Assembly (NCBI GenBank): GCA_004431415.1
Contig: QPMI01000134.1
Coordinates: 46,871 to 110,870 of the forward strand
DNA from: Cyanophora paradoxa CCMP329
Lineage: Eukaryota; Plantae; Glaucophyta
Direction: 5' to 3'
Length of the DNA stretch: 64,000 nucleotides
Made by a program: the position numbers and the translations under genes. Shown in pieces: positions 60,471 through 64,000 of this stretch (the stretch's first letter is position 1; every line of letters begins with the position of its first letter). The notes under the pieces are model-generated. The model saw nothing but the letters and a program-made list of their open reading frames with translations. It ran no database searches and was not told the DNA's origin.

Positions 60471-63400
60471 AAAGGAGGGGTACGCACATATAAGCGGACT
60501 CGTGTGGCGCTTGTAGCGCGTATGGATTTCAAGCGCAAAGCAACTCTCGAGCGTTTGCGCGCGCACAATCGAACGCCATGTATTGCACGAGTGAGTGTTT
60601 TTGCAGTCGAGCGTTCGAGAAGTCGGAGCATGCGCAGTCGCTCGAGCAATAGTATCCGAGCAGTCCGACGGTTGAAATCGCTGAAATCAAAGCCGCGCAG
60701 GCTGATTCCTTTCACGCCGATCTCGATCTGAAAACAGGCCTTGCCCCTCCTTCCAGTCACTTCCGTGCTTCCTGCGGCTTCATCAGTACGCGGAACCCGA
60801 GGATTCGAGGCAGTCTTCATATCACCGCATCAGTTCGAGGCTTGTTCCTGTAGTCTCTTTCTCAGTCTCTCATCGCAAGCATGACGTATCCAGTGTCGAC
60901 TCGCGAGAAGCAATCACAGTGCGCATGGCGTTCGTGGTTCTTCTTATATTGTTGTTGTTTCTTAACTTTTGCGGCAGACGTGGTCCTTCACGCCTTGTAC
61001 ACTCATGATGTAATTTTCGAGACCGACATTTCGCAACGCATTATTGGTGGCGAGCTATTTCCGCCGTCGATGTCACCACGCTTGCAGAGTCTTAGATTCC
61101 ATTTTTCATGACACAAATGCGTGTTTTCCTTCCTGAAAAACGCCGTTTCGCTTCGAACTACTTTGGCCTCCTGTGAACATTGAAAGAGCGCCTCATCAGA
61201 TTCTTCGTTTCGTTCGATCATCTTTCGGAGAAGAGAATATCGTTGTCGACCGGACATTGCAATTTCTCAAGCGAATTCACCTAGATCGATGATAGACCTG
61301 GGTTTTGCCAGGTCAGGAATCTGAATGCCCCAATCGCGCGATTTGACGCATCGTTTAGTTGGAAATTTCGGATCGATCTGGGCTGCGCTGACAAACGGAT
61401 GGATTTGATGCGTAACGCAAAGCGACGTTTTGGAATACCATCAGAGGAAATTCCGCATTTAGTTTAGTTAGAATTCTGTACACATGTATGCAGATTTCCG
61501 TTTTTCTTTATTAGTTCCTAATAAACATCAACAGCCATTGTAGCGAATTGTGGTTTCTGCGACAAAGACAGAACGGAGTCTTCAAATGCTGAGCAAGCAT
61601 GTTTTTTGCGGATGTTGGATAAACTAAAAACGAGCTCTGAGGACAATGAGTGCAGGGCCCGGCCTATTGCAGCTGCATTCCTCGTCAGAAAATAAACACA
61701 AAACTCAAGAGTTGCAAAAGTGACGCACACAGTGTATTTGTAGAGAGTTCATCGTGGCGGTGAACCTCCCGCAAAGCTGGGACTCGTGTTGCGGGAGAAG
61801 GTCATCGATATCCAGACGAGATGTTGGAACTGGACGTCGATTACGCAAGTTTTGAGTCTGGGAAAACGAAGGCTTTCTGCATTCGAATGGCGCTGTGTTG
61901 TTGAAATTTGTGAGTCTCAAAATGTCAGTTATCAATCCAGAAGTTGCTTGAACACATCTCGCATTTCAGAATCGAGAAGTGTCAGTTTGCAAGCCAACAG
62001 GCTCCGATGTACTGGAGATTGGGTGAAGACCGGAATAGTTCTCTCACTCCACAGGCTGCGGATTTGCACAATAGATGCGAAGACCCGTTAAGCGTTCGCT
62101 TGGTAAGTTTATTTCTTTCCCAAGGCTGGATAAGCTGAACGGAGTTGCAGGAGTGTTGTAAACATACAATTTCGAGACACAATGTTGTGGTCTGTTTAAA
62201 TCGTTGGGAGACGTGAGCTGGAACGGTCGATTACAGATCACGTCAAGTGAAACTCTTGCTGTATTGAAAAGAAGACCTTGGTGGCTGAAACTGCGTTGTC
62301 GCCGAATGTCGGATGCGCCAATCTAGGATATACAAAATTACACATGGAAACAACACGTGCTAAATCTTATTCACCTCAAGTACACGTGCTCCTTGTCCAT
62401 TTCTAGGCTTACAGCACGCCAGGATCGACAGAAGTGTTCAAGACGCCATCGCAAACGACAAGATAACCGCTAAAAGATTTCCCTCCAAGTTCAGAAGGAA
62501 GCGGCTCACGGCCGCACGACATGGTATGTCGTCGTAAACTTACCATCGATAGAGAAGTCTGCGGAGAGAAGAAAGGGATACGCAATTGTTTCCGAAAAAA
62601 AGCTTTATTTGCATTTTTTCAGATCAGGGTCAAGAAAACAGTCAGCTTGATTTCTCCAACAACTGTCTGTTTTTTTCTATCTTGTTCTGCCTTTTCTTCT
62701 CCCGATCCCGGTCTGCCTGCTTTTTCTTTCTCTCTGATATCTCTATTGCGTTTGGTTTTTTGTGTTTCGAATGTTTGAGTTTGAGTGTCGATATATGCTC
62801 CTGAACACGTTGTGCTTCGAAAATCCGCCTAGAATTTCGGAATTTGCGGTCTGCGCGCACACAAAATCGTGAAATGCGAGCACACAATCGTGACCAGAAA
62901 AACGAACCGATGAATGCATTGACGTTCTCAATCAATAGCGCCTTGAAATTCTCACTGTCGAAATCAAGAGGGAATAGCCATCGCTGAAACCGGTCGGTTG
63001 TGTCCAGCCTCGTTCCAAAGAACGGGAGCAAGTTTGCAACTGAGGTAGGAACTGAAAAAAGAAGACCTGTGAAAAACATTTAAGCGCTTTCACGAGCTCG
63101 GGGGAATGCACATGCACTGACCGACATTTGAAACACGATCAAAAATTGTACTTTGTATGCTCATCTGGCTGACAGCACAGCTGAGGACCTTGTTCAGGTC
63201 TGCCGACAAATTTTGAATTTTGTCGCGAACGGAACCGAAATCATCTCTGACTGAGACGACGGTGAGATACAACTTTGCAACGTTAATCTCTCGGAATGAT
63301 CGCGCACGTGTCCTGAGTAAAATGTTGGTGAACGAGTGATGAAGAAAGTACGGTGCTGCTGTTACGGAGTCTGGAAAGGCCGGATTCAACGCAGACTTCA

Positions 63401-63559
63401 CAACTCTCTTGCCATACGAAATGTGTGCACCGTGCAATCGTCCATAGAAGGGAAACATTCCGGTGTCGGGAAAAGTATAACGCCACGGATCAAAACCGTC
63501 GTATGAATCTATCTGCAGAGGGAGTCAAAACAGTAAACCTGAAACAAAATTCAAATATC

Positions 63560-64000
63560 GTCAGGCCACCAGCAAGAGCGACGGGATAATGGCTTTTCCT
63601 GTTATAATACCGTGAAATGAAATCGAATCACCCCTTAGAATGGCCACGTCAATGAAGTGCTGGAAGCTGAAGAATGTTCCGGTTCGGAAACCTCCTGCAC
63701 GAGATATCAGGAGACAGTGTTGTACGAAATGTTGCTATCATTATCGAAACAGACCAGTCAGCGATTCGTCGACAAGTATAACAAATTTGTGTTTCGCAGC
63801 CATCAAAGAAAGCTGAACCAGTTGATCGTAAACTGCATAGAGTATTCCATGGTCTTTGTCAAATTTGACAGGCTCCAGGACAATCACGGTCGTCGGTAGA
63901 TCCTTGAACGAATAGTGATCTATGAAGAACGTCGGCTCTTCGGCCATTCGCTTTTTCGTTTCGCACAACCTGCGTTCAATATCCTGTATCCGTTCAATAT
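63560..64000 (-). CDS. Class-III PLP-dependent aminotransferase-like domain, spliced, 5' part outside the window
   Basis: Removing intron 63695-63754 joins VIVLEPV..FVILVDESLTG to GFRTGTFFSFQHF..IITGKA. This matches the class-III motif DEv.TGfgRTG..f..qh..d.i..gK. Further minus-strand exons probably continue towards ~60500. Confidence 0.7.

Larger units (their letters stand above)
39731..64000. mobile_element. Left end and cargo of a putative giant CACTA/EnSpm-like DNA element (>24 kb, runs off the window)
   Basis: Homology to the duplicate breaks exactly at CACTGGGAG. CTATTACACC occurs at 39748, 39770 and 39792 (22-bp phasing) with an inverted GGTGTA at 39761. GC content and intron style change. 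No transposase is seen in the window. Confidence 0.6.

Noticed and set aside
39731-64000. Endogenous giant virus or Polinton
   Set aside because: No capsid, polB, packaging ATPase or integrase was recognised, the genes are intron-rich, and the end looks CACTA-like. Not fully excluded.

Overview
Eukaryotic genomic DNA with many short GT-AG and GC-AG introns, probably from a GC-rich alga or protist (taxon is inference). It has three compartments. (1) 1-2250: an intron-containing Helitron/Helentron-type Rep fragment with no helicase, followed by a candidate 3' hairpin end. (2) ~3500-39730: a very GC-rich, segmentally duplicated cluster. START-domain genes alternate with LRR-TIR genes that lack signal peptides and transmembrane segments. 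Near-identical single-exon LRR heads built from 69-bp cassettes are joined, via the same phase-0 intron, to two different TIR subfamilies (SARM1-like and bacterial TIR_2-like). Cassette number and order differ between copies. A gag-like ORF with a PPT and an AGTT...AACT LTR-like segment also lies here. Positions ~6904-17712 recur almost identically at ~28323-39730. (3) 39731-64000: a lower-GC block that starts abruptly with CACTG plus three 22-bp-phased CTATTACACC motifs inside the last intron of the duplicated LRR-TIR gene. It is most simply a >24-kb CACTA/EnSpm-like insertion. Its cargo includes a Zn-finger-Ulp1 (C48) protease, an F-box/LRR-like gene, tandem SUMO-like exons, an HMG-box-like fragment, a class-III aminotransferase-like gene and several arrays of imperfect palindromic repeats. 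No transposase is visible in the window. All domain calls are by eye; most long ORFs in the supplied track are GC-rich shadow frames.
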